Origin: Cereibacter sphaeroides 2.4.1
GTDB lineage: Bacteria; Pseudomonadota; Alphaproteobacteria; Rhodobacterales; Rhodobacteraceae
Direction of reading: 5' to 3'
NCBI RefSeq assembly: GCF_000012905.2
Contig: NC_007493.2
Coordinates: 2,370,001 to 2,402,000, forward strand
Length of the DNA stretch: 32,000 nucleotides
Every line of letters begins with the position of its first letter. Position 1 is the stretch's first letter. Made by a program: the position numbers and the translations under genes. This document shows, piece by piece, positions 24,326 through 32,000 of the stretch. The notes below the pieces were generated by a model. That model was given only the letters and a program-made list of their open reading frames with translations, was not told where the DNA came from and ran no database searches.

Positions 24326-24354
24326 CTATAGCTCAGCGCGCCGGGGGGCCGCAA
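24326..24354 (-). promoter_or_regulatory. Candidate promoter of the yebC-like gene
   Basis: The minus strand reads TTGCGG (24354-24349), 17 nt, then CTATAG (24331-24326). This fits the alphaproteobacterial CTTG-N17-CTATAT-like housekeeping pattern. It lies about 32 nt upstream of the ATG. Confidence 0.35.
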
Positions 24355-24387
24355 GCCCGGCCGCGGGGTCGCGGCGGACGAGTCGGC

Positions 24388-26169
24388 TCAGAAGGGGAAA
24401 AAGACCGGGATGAGGAGGCTCATGACCACCATCATCAGGATGTTCAGCGGCACGCCGATGCGCAGGAAGTCGGTGAAGCGGTAGCCGCCCGGCCCGTAGA
24501 CGAGCGTGTTCGTCTGATAGCCGATGGGCGTGGCGAAGCTCGCCGAGGCGCCGAACATGACCGCGACCACGAAGGGCCGCGGATCGACGCCCAGGGATCC
24601 CGCAAGGCCGATCACGATCGGGGTGAGGATCACCGCCACGGCATTGTTGCTGACGAGCTCGGTCAGGATCGAGGTCAGCGCATAGACCACGAAGATCAGC
24701 GCGAAGGGCGGCAGCCCTTGCATCCACGGGGCTACGGCACCCACGACCATCTCGACCGCGCCGGAATGTTCGAGCCCCGCCCCCACCGCCAGCATCCCGA
24801 AGATGAGCGCGAGCAGCCGCCCCTCGATATAGCCGAAGGCCTCGTCGGCATCGATGCAGCGGGTGACGAGCACGACCGCCACGCCGATCATGGCAAGGAT
24901 CGCGATGGGCGCCACGTCGAAGGCCGACAGGAGCACCACCGCCGCCAGAACCGCCATCACCACGGGCGCGCGGCTGCGCCGGTAGGCCCGGTCCGACGGC
25001 TGGGCGATGTCGACCACCTGCATCTCGGAGGCCAGCCGCTCGATATCGGCCTGCGCCCCCTCCAGGAGAAGCGTGTCGCCCACCTGCACCACGAGATCGT
25101 CGAGCTGGCGGCCGATGTTCTGGTTGCGCCGGTGCGCGGCCAGCACATAGACCCCGTAGCGCCGCCTGAGGCGCATGGCGCCGAGCGAGCGGCCCACCAT
25201 GAAGCAGCCGGGCGTGATGAGCACCTCGACCACCTGCGTCTGCACCGACGAGAGCTTGTCGACGAGCCGCAGCTCCTTGTTCGACTGCAGGCTCAGCACC
25301 TCGGACATGGGGGTGCGCAGCACCACCCGGTCTCCGGCCTCGAGCGTTGCCTCGGCCAAGTTGCGGCGCAAGGAAATGTCGCCGCGCAGCACGTCGATCA
25401 CGCGCAGGCTGTCGCGCTTGAAGATGTCCACATCCTCGACCTTGCGGCCGATCAGGGCCGAGCCCTCGGGAACGGCCACCTCGGTGAAGAACTTCATCCG
25501 GCTCCGGTCCGAGAGCAGCATCCCCATGCTGTCGCGGTCGGCCAGCAGGCGTGGCGCGAAGAGCCAGAGGTAGCCCAGGCCCACGGCCGCGAGGGTCAGG
25601 CCCAGCGGCGTGATCTCGAAGATCGAGAAGGGCTCGAGGCCCGACCGGCGCGCCACCCCGTCGACCAGCAGGTTCGTGGAGGTGCCGATCAGCGTCACGG
25701 TGCCGCCGAAGATCGACAGATAGCTGAGCGGGATCATGACCTTGGAGGGCGAGACCTGCATCTGCCGCGCGATCTGCATGAAGACCGGGATCATCACCAC
25801 CACGATGGGCGTGTTGTTCATGAAGGCCGACATGCCCACGATCACAAGCGACAGGAGAGCGAGGGTGCGCAGGGGCCGCGTCGCCGCATGGCGGACGGCG
25901 ATCTGGGTCACGGCATCGAGGGTGCCGGTGCGCACCAGCGATCCCACGATGATGAAGAGCGCCGTGATGGTCCAGGGCGCGGGGTTGGAAAGCACCCCCA
26001 GAAGGTCGTCCTGCGGCAGGATGCCCACCGCCAGCATGAGCGCCCCGCCCGCAAGGGCCGTCACCTCGACCGGATAGATCTCGCGGACGAAGAGCACGAG
26101 CATCCCGGCGAGGATCGCGAGCGCCGTCCAGGCCTGCATCGGTTCCGACATCTCGAAGCCGAACATCAT
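24388..26169 (-). CDS. SLC13/DASS-type permease with two central TrkA-C (RCK_C) domains, about 593 aa
   Basis: This is the C-terminal part of ORF 24388..26364, starting at MMFGFEMSEPMQAWTALAILAGMLVLF (ATG 26169, or the next codon at 26166), preceded by GAGGGAG. Two hydrophobic halves flank two soluble repeats of about 70 aa (..GSALIGRKVEDVDIF.. and ..GCFMVGRSLGAMRLRRRYGVYVLA..). Confidence 0.88.
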   Translation of the reverse strand: MMFGFEMSEPMQAWTALAILAGMLVLFVREIYPVEVTALAGGALMLAVGILPQDDLLGVLSNPAPWTITALFIIVGSLVRTGTLDAVTQIAVRHAATRPLRTLALLSLVIVGMSAFMNNTPIVVVMIPVFMQIARQMQVSPSKVMIPLSYLSIFGGTVTLIGTSTNLLVDGVARRSGLEPFSIFEITPLGLTLAAVGLGYLWLFAPRLLADRDSMGMLLSDRSRMKFFTEVAVPEGSALIGRKVEDVDIFKRDSLRVIDVLRGDISLRRNLAEATLEAGDRVVLRTPMSEVLSLQSNKELRLVDKLSSVQTQVVEVLITPGCFMVGRSLGAMRLRRRYGVYVLAAHRRNQNIGRQLDDLVVQVGDTLLLEGAQADIERLASEMQVVDIAQPSDRAYRRSRAPVVMAVLAAVVLLSAFDVAPIAILAMIGVAVVLVTRCIDADEAFGYIEGRLLALIFGMLAVGAGLEHSGAVEMVVGAVAPWMQGLPPFALIFVVYALTSILTELVSNNAVAVILTPIVIGLAGSLGVDPRPFVVAVMFGASASFATPIGYQTNTLVYGPGGYRFTDFLRIGVPLNILMMVVMSLLIPVFFPF

Positions 26170-26224
26170 CTCTCCCTCAGAAAGGTCTTGGCCTGAATAC
26201 GATGGTGAGACGCCCGCGCAAAGC

Positions 26225-26258
26225 CGCCGTGCGACCGGACCCTCGGCGGCGCACGGCG
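26225..26258 (-). terminator. Possible terminator hairpin after the ymdB-like gene
   Basis: CGCCGTGCG (26225-26233) pairs perfectly with CGCACGGCG (26250-26258): 9 bp with a 16-nt loop. On the minus strand it is followed by GCTTTGCG. The U-tract is weak. Confidence 0.3.
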
Positions 26259-26278
26259 CGCCTGTCGGGCGGGCAGGC

Positions 26279-27088
26279 TCAGGGCCGCGACTCCTGCAGC
26301 CGCCCGCCGAGCCGCACCGGCACGATCCGCTGGGCCAGCCCCGTGCGGTCGTCGGTCTCGACATAGACGCCCGCGAGCGTCGCAGGCCCCCCGGCAGGCT
26401 CGAACCGACCCTTCGGCATCTGGGTGATGAAGCGGCGCAGCGGCTCGGTCTTCTCCATCCCGATCACCGAATCGTAATCGCCGCACATGCCCGCATCGCT
26501 CAGATAGGCCGTGCCGCCGCGCAGGATCTGCGCATCGCCCGTGGGCACATGGGTGTGGGTGCCGACGACGAGGCTCGCCCGCCCGTCGCACCAGTGGCCC
26601 ATCGCCATCTTCTCGCTCGTGGCCTCGCAATGGATGTCGAGGATCGTGGCCTGCACCGCGCCGCCGAGCGGCATCGCCTTCAGCACCTGATCGACCGCCG
26701 AGAACGGATCGTCGAAGGGCCGCTTCATGAAGACCTGCCCCAGCGCCTGCAGCACCAGCACCTTGCGGCCGCCGACGGTGAAGACCCTCGCGCCCTTGCC
26801 GGGGGCGGTCCTGGCATAGTTCAGCGGACGGACGATGCGCGGCTCGGTCTCGATGAACTGCAGCATCTCCTTCTGGTCGAAGGCATGATCGCCGAGCGTC
26901 ACGCAGTCCGCGCCCGCGGCGAGCAGCTTCTTCGCGTGGTCGGCGGTGATGCCCGCGCCGCTCGAGGCGTTCTCGCCGTTGACCACGACGAAATCGAGCC
27001 CCCATTCCGTGCGCAGCGCCGGCAGCCGTTCCGCCACCGCCGAGCGTCCCGCACGCCCCATCACATCGCCAAGAAAGAGTAGCCTCAT
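26279..27088 (-). CDS. YmdB-type (TIGR00282-like) metallophosphoesterase, 269 aa
   Basis: This is the C-terminal part of ORF 26279..27124, starting at MRLLFLGDVMGRAGRSAV...DFVVVNGENASSGAGIT...TLGDHAFD, the characteristic YmdB N-terminal metal-binding blocks. Confidence 0.88.
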   Translation of the reverse strand: MRLLFLGDVMGRAGRSAVAERLPALRTEWGLDFVVVNGENASSGAGITADHAKKLLAAGADCVTLGDHAFDQKEMLQFIETEPRIVRPLNYARTAPGKGARVFTVGGRKVLVLQALGQVFMKRPFDDPFSAVDQVLKAMPLGGAVQATILDIHCEATSEKMAMGHWCDGRASLVVGTHTHVPTGDAQILRGGTAYLSDAGMCGDYDSVIGMEKTEPLRRFITQMPKGRFEPAGGPATLAGVYVETDDRTGLAQRIVPVRLGGRLQESRP

Positions 27089-27141
27089 CCCGGCAGCGTT
27101 AGGGCCGAGCCCCGCCAAGGGCAAGAGGATTCGGCCCTTTC

Positions 27142-27165
27142 CGCCCTATCCCCCGCGCCCTATCC
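27142..27165 (+). repeat. 10-nt direct repeat CGCCCTATCC x2 (period 14) immediately upstream of the helicase ATG
   Basis: Copies lie at 27142-27151 and 27156-27165. The second copy ends 7 nt before the ATG at 27173. Confidence 0.6.
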
Positions 27166-27172
27166 TCTGCTC

Positions 27173-29572
27173 ATGAGCCCGCTGCCGCCGTTCCTCGCCC
27201 CCTATTTCGACGCCCGCGGCTGGACGCTCCACCCGCATCAGGAAGAGATGCTGGCCCGTGCGGAGGAGCCCGCGCTCCTCCTCGTGGCGCCCACGGGCGG
27301 CGGCAAGACGCTGGCCGGGTTCCTGCCCACGCTGGCCGAACTTGGCCCCGCGCCGGGGCCGGGCCTCCACACGCTCTACATCTCGCCGCTGAAGGCGCTG
27401 GCCGCCGACATCCGCCGCAACCTCCGCGCCCCGATCGAGGGCGCGGGTCTCGCCATCCGGGTCGAGGACCGCACCGGCGACACCGGCAGCCACGTCCGCC
27501 GCCGGCAGCGCGCCGATCCGCCCCACATCCTGCTGACGACGCCCGAAAGCCTCGCGCTGCTCCTGTCCTACGAGGATGCGCCGAGGATCTTTGCCGGCCT
27601 GCAACGGGTGATCGTGGACGAGATCCATGCGCTGGCCGAATCGAAGCGCGGCGACCAGCTGATGCTCTGCCTCGCGCGGCTCCAGCGGCTGGCGCCGGGG
27701 CTGCGCCGCGTGGGCCTGTCGGCCACGGTCGAGGATCCGCCGGCGCTGGCGCGCTTCCTCGCCGCCCATCCCGGCCCCTGCCGCGTGCTGATGGCCGATC
27801 CCGGGCCCGATCCCGACATCGCCATGCTCGAGACCGAGGCGCCCCCGCCCTGGGCCGGCGGCGGCGGGCGGCATGCGATCCCCGAGGTGCTGGCCGAGAT
27901 CCGCCGCCACCGCACCACGCTCGTCTTCCACAACACGCGCGCGCAGGCCGAGCTTTTCTTCCACGCGCTCTGGCTGGCCAACGAGGACGACCTGCCCATC
28001 GGCATCCATCATGGCTCGCTCTCGCGCGAGCAGCGCGAGCGGGTCGAGGCGGCGATGGTGTCGGGCGCGCTGCGCGCCATCGTCTGCACAGGCTCGCTCG
28101 ATCTGGGCATCGACTGGGGCGACGTCGATCTCGTGATCCAGGTGGGCGCGCCGAAGAACGTCAAGCGCCTCGTCCAGCGCATCGGGCGGGCGAACCACCG
28201 CTACAACGCGCCGTCGAAGGCGCTCCTCGTGCCCGCGAACCGGTTCGAGGTGGTCGAATGTCTGGCCGCCCTCGAAGCCGTGCGCGACCATGCGCTCGAC
28301 GGCGAGCCGCGGGGGCCGGGGCCGCGCGATGTCCTCTGCCAGCATATCCTCGTCACCGCGGCGGCCGGGCCTTTCGGGGCCGATGCGCTTTACGCGGAGG
28401 TGACGAGCGCCGGCCCCTATGCCGCCCTCTCGCGCGCGGATTTCGATGCCTGCCTCGATTTCGTGGCCACGGGGGGCTATGCGCTGCGCGCCTACGACCG
28501 CTGGCAGCGGATCCGGCTGAAGGAGGGGCTCTGGCAGCTCCGCGACCCGCGCACGGCGCAGGTGATCCGCATGAACATCGGCACGATCATCGACACCGAG
28601 GTGCTGAAGGTGCGGATGCGCGGCCGCGGCGGCACGCCGCTGGGCGAGATCGAGGAGGGGTTTGCCGCCACCCTCACGCCCGGAGACACGTTCCTGATGG
28701 CGGGACAGGTCGTGCGCTACGAGGGGCTGCACGAGATGACGGTCGAGGTCACGCGCAACCCCGGCCGCGATCCGCGAGTGGCCACCTTCAACGGCACCAA
28801 GTTCGCCACCTCGACGCTCCTCACCCACCGGATCCTCGAGCTGTTCCAGCAACCCGGCTGGCCCGACCTTCCGCGCCACACCGCCGACTGGCTGGCGTTG
28901 CAGCGCGAGGTCTCGCGCCTGCCCGAGGCCGACCGGCTGCTCGTCGAGAGCTTCCCCCACGACGGGCGCGAGCATCTGTGCATCTACGGCTTTGCGGGGC
29001 GCAACGCGCAGCAGACGCTGGGCCTTCTGCTCACCAAGCGGATGGAGGAGGAACGCCTGTCGCCCCTGGGCTTCGTCGCGACCGACTATGCGACGCTCAT
29101 CTGGGGGCTCGAGGCCGTGACCGATCCCGCGCCGCTGTTCGAGCCCGACCGGCTGCGCGAAGGCCTCGAAGGCTGGCTCGCCGGCAATGCGGTGATGAAG
29201 CGGACCTTCCGCAATTCCGCCATCATCGCGGGCCTGATCGAGCGCACCCACATGGGCCGGCGGCGCACGGGCAAGCAGGCGACCTTCTCCTCCGACATCC
29301 TCTACGACACGCTGATGCGGCACGATCCCGGCCACCTCCTGCTGCGCATCACGCGCGAGGAGGCCGAGCGGGGCCTCGTGGATTTCGGCCGGATCGAGGA
29401 GATGCTGGCCCGCACCCACGGCCGCATCGACGCGGTGCGGCTCTCCCGCGTGACGCCTCTGGCCGCGCCGCTCTTTCTCGAGATGGGCCGCGTCCCGGTT
29501 GAGGGCGCCGGCCGCCAGCGGCTGATGGAGGAGCAGGCCGCGGCCCTGATGGCCGCCGCGGGGCTGAGCTGA
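27173..29572 (+). CDS. Lhr-like DEXH-box helicase of the ligase-associated DNA damage response type, 799 aa
   Basis: ORF track. Motif I is APTGGGKT, motif II is VIVDEIHAL, and helicase C motifs are HHGSLSREQRERVE and QRIGRANH. A long C-terminal extension is typical of Lhr-core proteins. The downstream gene is pdeM. Confidence 0.9.
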   Translation: MSPLPPFLAPYFDARGWTLHPHQEEMLARAEEPALLLVAPTGGGKTLAGFLPTLAELGPAPGPGLHTLYISPLKALAADIRRNLRAPIEGAGLAIRVEDRTGDTGSHVRRRQRADPPHILLTTPESLALLLSYEDAPRIFAGLQRVIVDEIHALAESKRGDQLMLCLARLQRLAPGLRRVGLSATVEDPPALARFLAAHPGPCRVLMADPGPDPDIAMLETEAPPPWAGGGGRHAIPEVLAEIRRHRTTLVFHNTRAQAELFFHALWLANEDDLPIGIHHGSLSREQRERVEAAMVSGALRAIVCTGSLDLGIDWGDVDLVIQVGAPKNVKRLVQRIGRANHRYNAPSKALLVPANRFEVVECLAALEAVRDHALDGEPRGPGPRDVLCQHILVTAAAGPFGADALYAEVTSAGPYAALSRADFDACLDFVATGGYALRAYDRWQRIRLKEGLWQLRDPRTAQVIRMNIGTIIDTEVLKVRMRGRGGTPLGEIEEGFAATLTPGDTFLMAGQVVRYEGLHEMTVEVTRNPGRDPRVATFNGTKFATSTLLTHRILELFQQPGWPDLPRHTADWLALQREVSRLPEADRLLVESFPHDGREHLCIYGFAGRNAQQTLGLLLTKRMEEERLSPLGFVATDYATLIWGLEAVTDPAPLFEPDRLREGLEGWLAGNAVMKRTFRNSAIIAGLIERTHMGRRRTGKQATFSSDILYDTLMRHDPGHLLLRITREEAERGLVDFGRIEEMLARTHGRIDAVRLSRVTPLAAPLFLEMGRVPVEGAGRQRLMEEQAAALMAAAGLS

Positions 29573-29677
29573 CCCGTCCCGCGCAGCGCCGGTGAGGCCA
29601 GCCGCGGGGCGCGCAGGCGCCGCCTCCCCCTCACGCTGGGGCTTGCGCGAGAGCCGCGGATCGGACAGGAACGGGCC

Positions 29678-30364
29678 ATGAACGGACATGCTTTCTTCTT
29701 CGCCGGTGTGCGGCTCACGGCGCTGCCTTCGGGCGCGCTCTGGTGGCCTGCGGAACGGCTCCTCTGCGTCTCGGACCTGCATCTGGGCAAGGCCGAGCGG
29801 CTGGCGCGGCGCGGAGGCACGCTCCTGCCGCCCTACGAGACGCAGGCGACGCTCGCCCGCCTCGAAGCCGATCTCGAGGCCACGGGGGCCGAGCGCGTCC
29901 TCTGCCTCGGCGATTCGTTCGACGACGGGGCCGCGGCCGACGGACTGGCCGAGCCCGAGCGGCTCTGGCTTCGGCGGCTGATGACGGGGCGCGACTGGAT
30001 CTGGATCCTCGGCAATCACGATCCGGCACCCACCGCCTGCGGCGGCAGCCACCGGGCGACCGCGGTGCTTGGCCCCCTCACCTTCCGCCATATCGCGGAG
30101 GGCGAGGCCGAGGTCTCGGGCCATTACCATCCGAAATGCGCGCTGGCGGGGCGGGCCCGGCCCTGCTTTCTCCTCGACGGGCGGCGGCTGATCCTGCCGG
30201 CCTACGGCGCCTATACCGGCGGGCTCTGGTGCCACGATCCCGCACTGGTGGCGCTGATGCAGCCCGGCGCCCTCGCGATCCTGACCGGCGCCAAGGCGAT
30301 CCCGCTGCCGATGCCGCGGCGCGCGCCTCAGACGAGGCCGCGCTCCTCCAGCTTCGCGCGGTGA
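29678..30364 (+). CDS. pdeM: Ligase-associated DNA damage response endonuclease/metallophosphoesterase PdeM, 228 aa
   Basis: ORF track. The LLCVSDLHLGKAERLARRGGTLLPPYETQATLARLE, LCLGDSFDD and ILGNHDP blocks match the PdeM calcineurin-like pattern. AGGAA lies 6 nt before the ATG. Confidence 0.85.
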   Translation: MNGHAFFFAGVRLTALPSGALWWPAERLLCVSDLHLGKAERLARRGGTLLPPYETQATLARLEADLEATGAERVLCLGDSFDDGAAADGLAEPERLWLRRLMTGRDWIWILGNHDPAPTACGGSHRATAVLGPLTFRHIAEGEAEVSGHYHPKCALAGRARPCFLLDGRRLILPAYGAYTGGLWCHDPALVALMQPGALAILTGAKAIPLPMPRRAPQTRPRSSSFAR

Positions 30365-31047
30365 GCGCGGCTGACAGGGATGCGGCTGCCGTCGCTGAGC
30401 AGCAGGAAGAGCTTGCCCGGCTCGCGCTCGGTTCCCGTCACCGCCGACCAGGCCACCCAGTGCGAGCGGTGGACCTGCGCCCCCGGCACGCCCTCGGTCT
30501 CGTCCATGGCGTCCGAAAAGCGCAGCAGAAGGCTCGAGAGCCCGGCGCTCGTCACCACGTCGACATAGTGATCGCGCACCGTCATCGAGACCAGCGCGCC
30601 CCTGAGCTCCGGCTCCATCCGCTGCAGGAGCCGCGGCTGCCCGTCCGGCACGGGCTGCGGCCGGGCGCCGAGCCGGACCGACGAAAGGCCCAGCCCCGCG
30701 CAGAAGAGCGCGGGCGCCACTTCGAGGGCACTCGGGGCCTCGGGTCCGAAGGCCAGCTGCATCAGCCACCAGATCGGCAGCGTAAGCACCCCGGCCACCG
30801 CGAGCGCGAGGCCCGCCCCCCGCTTCAGATCGCGCAGGCCCACGGCCGCGAACCAGACGCGGAGCGCCAGCCCGAGCCCGAGGGTGATGGCGGCCAGTGC
30901 GCTCCAGACCAGAAGACGCTCCGGCAGGGCGACGGCCTGATAACTGCCGAAGGGGCCGGACACGGCGAGGCCCACGGAGGTCACAGCCCAGACGATCCAG
31001 GGAAGAGGGGCGGCAAGACATTCGGCGTAAGGGCGCGAGACGGACAA
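30328..31047 (-). CDS. Membrane-anchored LytTR DNA-binding domain protein (about four N-terminal TM helices, no receiver domain), 239 aa
   Basis: ORF track. The N-terminal 120 aa are hydrophobic helices. The C-terminal part (LVSMTVRDHYVDVVTSAGLSSLLLRFSDAMDE...GAQVHRSHWVAWSAV...LLLSDGSRIPVSRAHRAKLEE) is a LytTR-type domain. Confidence 0.8.
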   Translation of the reverse strand: MSVSRPYAECLAAPLPWIVWAVTSVGLAVSGPFGSYQAVALPERLLVWSALAAITLGLGLALRVWFAAVGLRDLKRGAGLALAVAGVLTLPIWWLMQLAFGPEAPSALEVAPALFCAGLGLSSVRLGARPQPVPDGQPRLLQRMEPELRGALVSMTVRDHYVDVVTSAGLSSLLLRFSDAMDETEGVPGAQVHRSHWVAWSAVTGTEREPGKLFLLLSDGSRIPVSRAHRAKLEERGLV

Positions 31048-31161
31048 GGAAGCCTCCGCAAAACCTGAACGAACGGTCCGTCGCTACAGGACGCGGACCG
31101 CCCGATCAACTCCGCCGTGTGACGCAGGCGGACGGACTCCCCTTGTGCGCCGCCGCGGGCG

Positions 31162-32000
31162 TCAGGCCGTCAGGCCCTGCGGCTCGGGCAGGCCGTTCGC
31201 ACGGCAGCAGGCGGTCAGCGTGTTGGCCAGCAGGCAGGCGATGGTCATCGGCCCCACGCCGCCCGGCACCGGCGTGATGGCGCCCGCCACCTCGGCGGCG
31301 GAGGCATAGTCCACATCGCCCACGAGCTTCGTCTTGCCGTCGCGCTCGATCCGGTTGATGCCCACGTCGATGACCGTGGCGCCCGGCTTCACGAAATCGC
31401 CGGTGATCATCTCGGGCCGGCCCACCGCCGCCACGAGGATGTCGGCGCCGCGGCAGACGGCGGCGAGGTCCCGGGTCCGCGAGTGGGCGATGGTGACCGT
31501 GCAGCTCTCGCCCAGCAGGAGCTGCGCCATGGGCTTGCCCACGATGTTCGAGCGGCCCACCACGACGGCATTCAGCCCCGAGAGAGCACCCAGATGATCG
31601 CGCAGCATCATCAGACAGCCGAGCGGCGTGCAGGGCACCATGCTCTTCTGCCCGGTGCCGAGACGGCCCACGTTGGAGATGTGGAACCCGTCCACGTCCT
31701 TGGCCGGATCGAGCGCATTGATGACGAGATCCGCATTCAGATGCGCAGGCAGCGGCAGCTGCACGAGGATGCCGTGCACGGCCGGGTCGTGGTTCAGCCG
31801 GTCGATCAGCGCGAGAAGTTCCGCCTCGGAGGTCCCGGCGGGCAGCCGGTGCTCGAACGAGGCCATGCCCACCTCGACCGTCTGCTTGCCCTTGGCGCCC
31901 ACATAGACCTGGCTCGCGGGATCCTCGCCCACGAGGACCACGGCGAGGCCCGGCACGATGCCGTGCCCCTCCTTCAGCCGCGCCACCTCTTCGGCCACCC
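31162..32000 (-). CDS. folD: Bifunctional methylenetetrahydrofolate dehydrogenase/cyclohydrolase FolD, C-terminal ~279 codons (N-terminus beyond the window end)
   Basis: ORF 31162..31998, with the frame open to 32000. [51 protein letters not shown] and [17 protein letters not shown] are canonical FolD blocks. Confidence 0.92.
   Translation of the reverse strand, partial: VAEEVARLKEGHGIVPGLAVVLVGEDPASQVYVGAKGKQTVEVGMASFEHRLPAGTSEAELLALIDRLNHDPAVHGILVQLPLPAHLNADLVINALDPAKDVDGFHISNVGRLGTGQKSMVPCTPLGCLMMLRDHLGALSGLNAVVVGRSNIVGKPMAQLLLGESCTVTIAHSRTRDLAAVCRGADILVAAVGRPEMITGDFVKPGATVIDVGINRIERDGKTKLVGDVDYASAAEVAGAITPVPGGVGPMTIACLLANTLTACCRANGLPEPQGLTA

Noticed and set aside
27089-27172. An SOS (LexA) box upstream of the DNA-damage helicase.
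   Set aside because: The alphaproteobacterial LexA motif is a GTTC-N7-GTTC direct repeat. No GTTC or GAAC pair with that spacing occurs in this intergenic region. Only the unrelated CGCCCTATCC repeat is present.
27146-31021. A 1291-aa minus-strand ORF spanning the helicase and pdeM region.
   Set aside because: This is the same artefact. It is codon-aligned antisense to the Lhr-like gene (both congruent to 2 mod 3), has Arg/Gly/Pro/Ala-rich low-complexity composition, and the plus strand carries clear helicase motifs.

Overview
High-GC segment with an alphaproteobacterial look; the proteins look Rhodobacter/Cereibacter-like, which is inference only. It is densely coding, with about 31 protein genes, one tRNA and one riboswitch. 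Order of features: partial murA with a small basic ORF upstream; tRNA-Thr(GGT); a seven-gene minus-strand operon (hydantoinase/oxoprolinase A and B subunits, DAO-type FAD oxidoreductase, bicupin, TRAP transporter DctP/Q/M) read divergently from an XRE-cupin regulator plus EamA exporter across a strikingly AT-rich control region; an orphan MASE1/HisKA_2 histidine kinase behind a 525-bp non-coding gap; a six-gene thiamine salvage/transport operon (thiM-thiE-thiD plus a ThiY/Z/X-like ABC importer) behind a TPP riboswitch; ugd-galE-IMPase-SLT lipoprotein; a second EamA transporter; YebC; an SLC13/TrkA-C permease; a YmdB-type metallophosphoesterase; an Lhr-like DEXH helicase with PdeM; a membrane-anchored LytTR protein; partial folD. 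I found no transposase, integrase, phage gene, CRISPR array, toxin-antitoxin pair or recognisable defence gene, so I cannot point to a clear-cut novel system. The best candidates for undescribed biology are: (1) the Hyu/FAD/bicupin/TRAP locus, whose substrate cannot be assigned; (2) the Lhr-PdeM pair lacking its usual ligase/exonuclease partners, next to a receiver-less membrane LytTR protein; (3) the structured non-coding gap upstream of the MASE1 kinase. The very long ORFs in the track (up to 1484 aa) are codon-aligned antisense artefacts of real genes. All family calls come from reading the translations and no searches were run.
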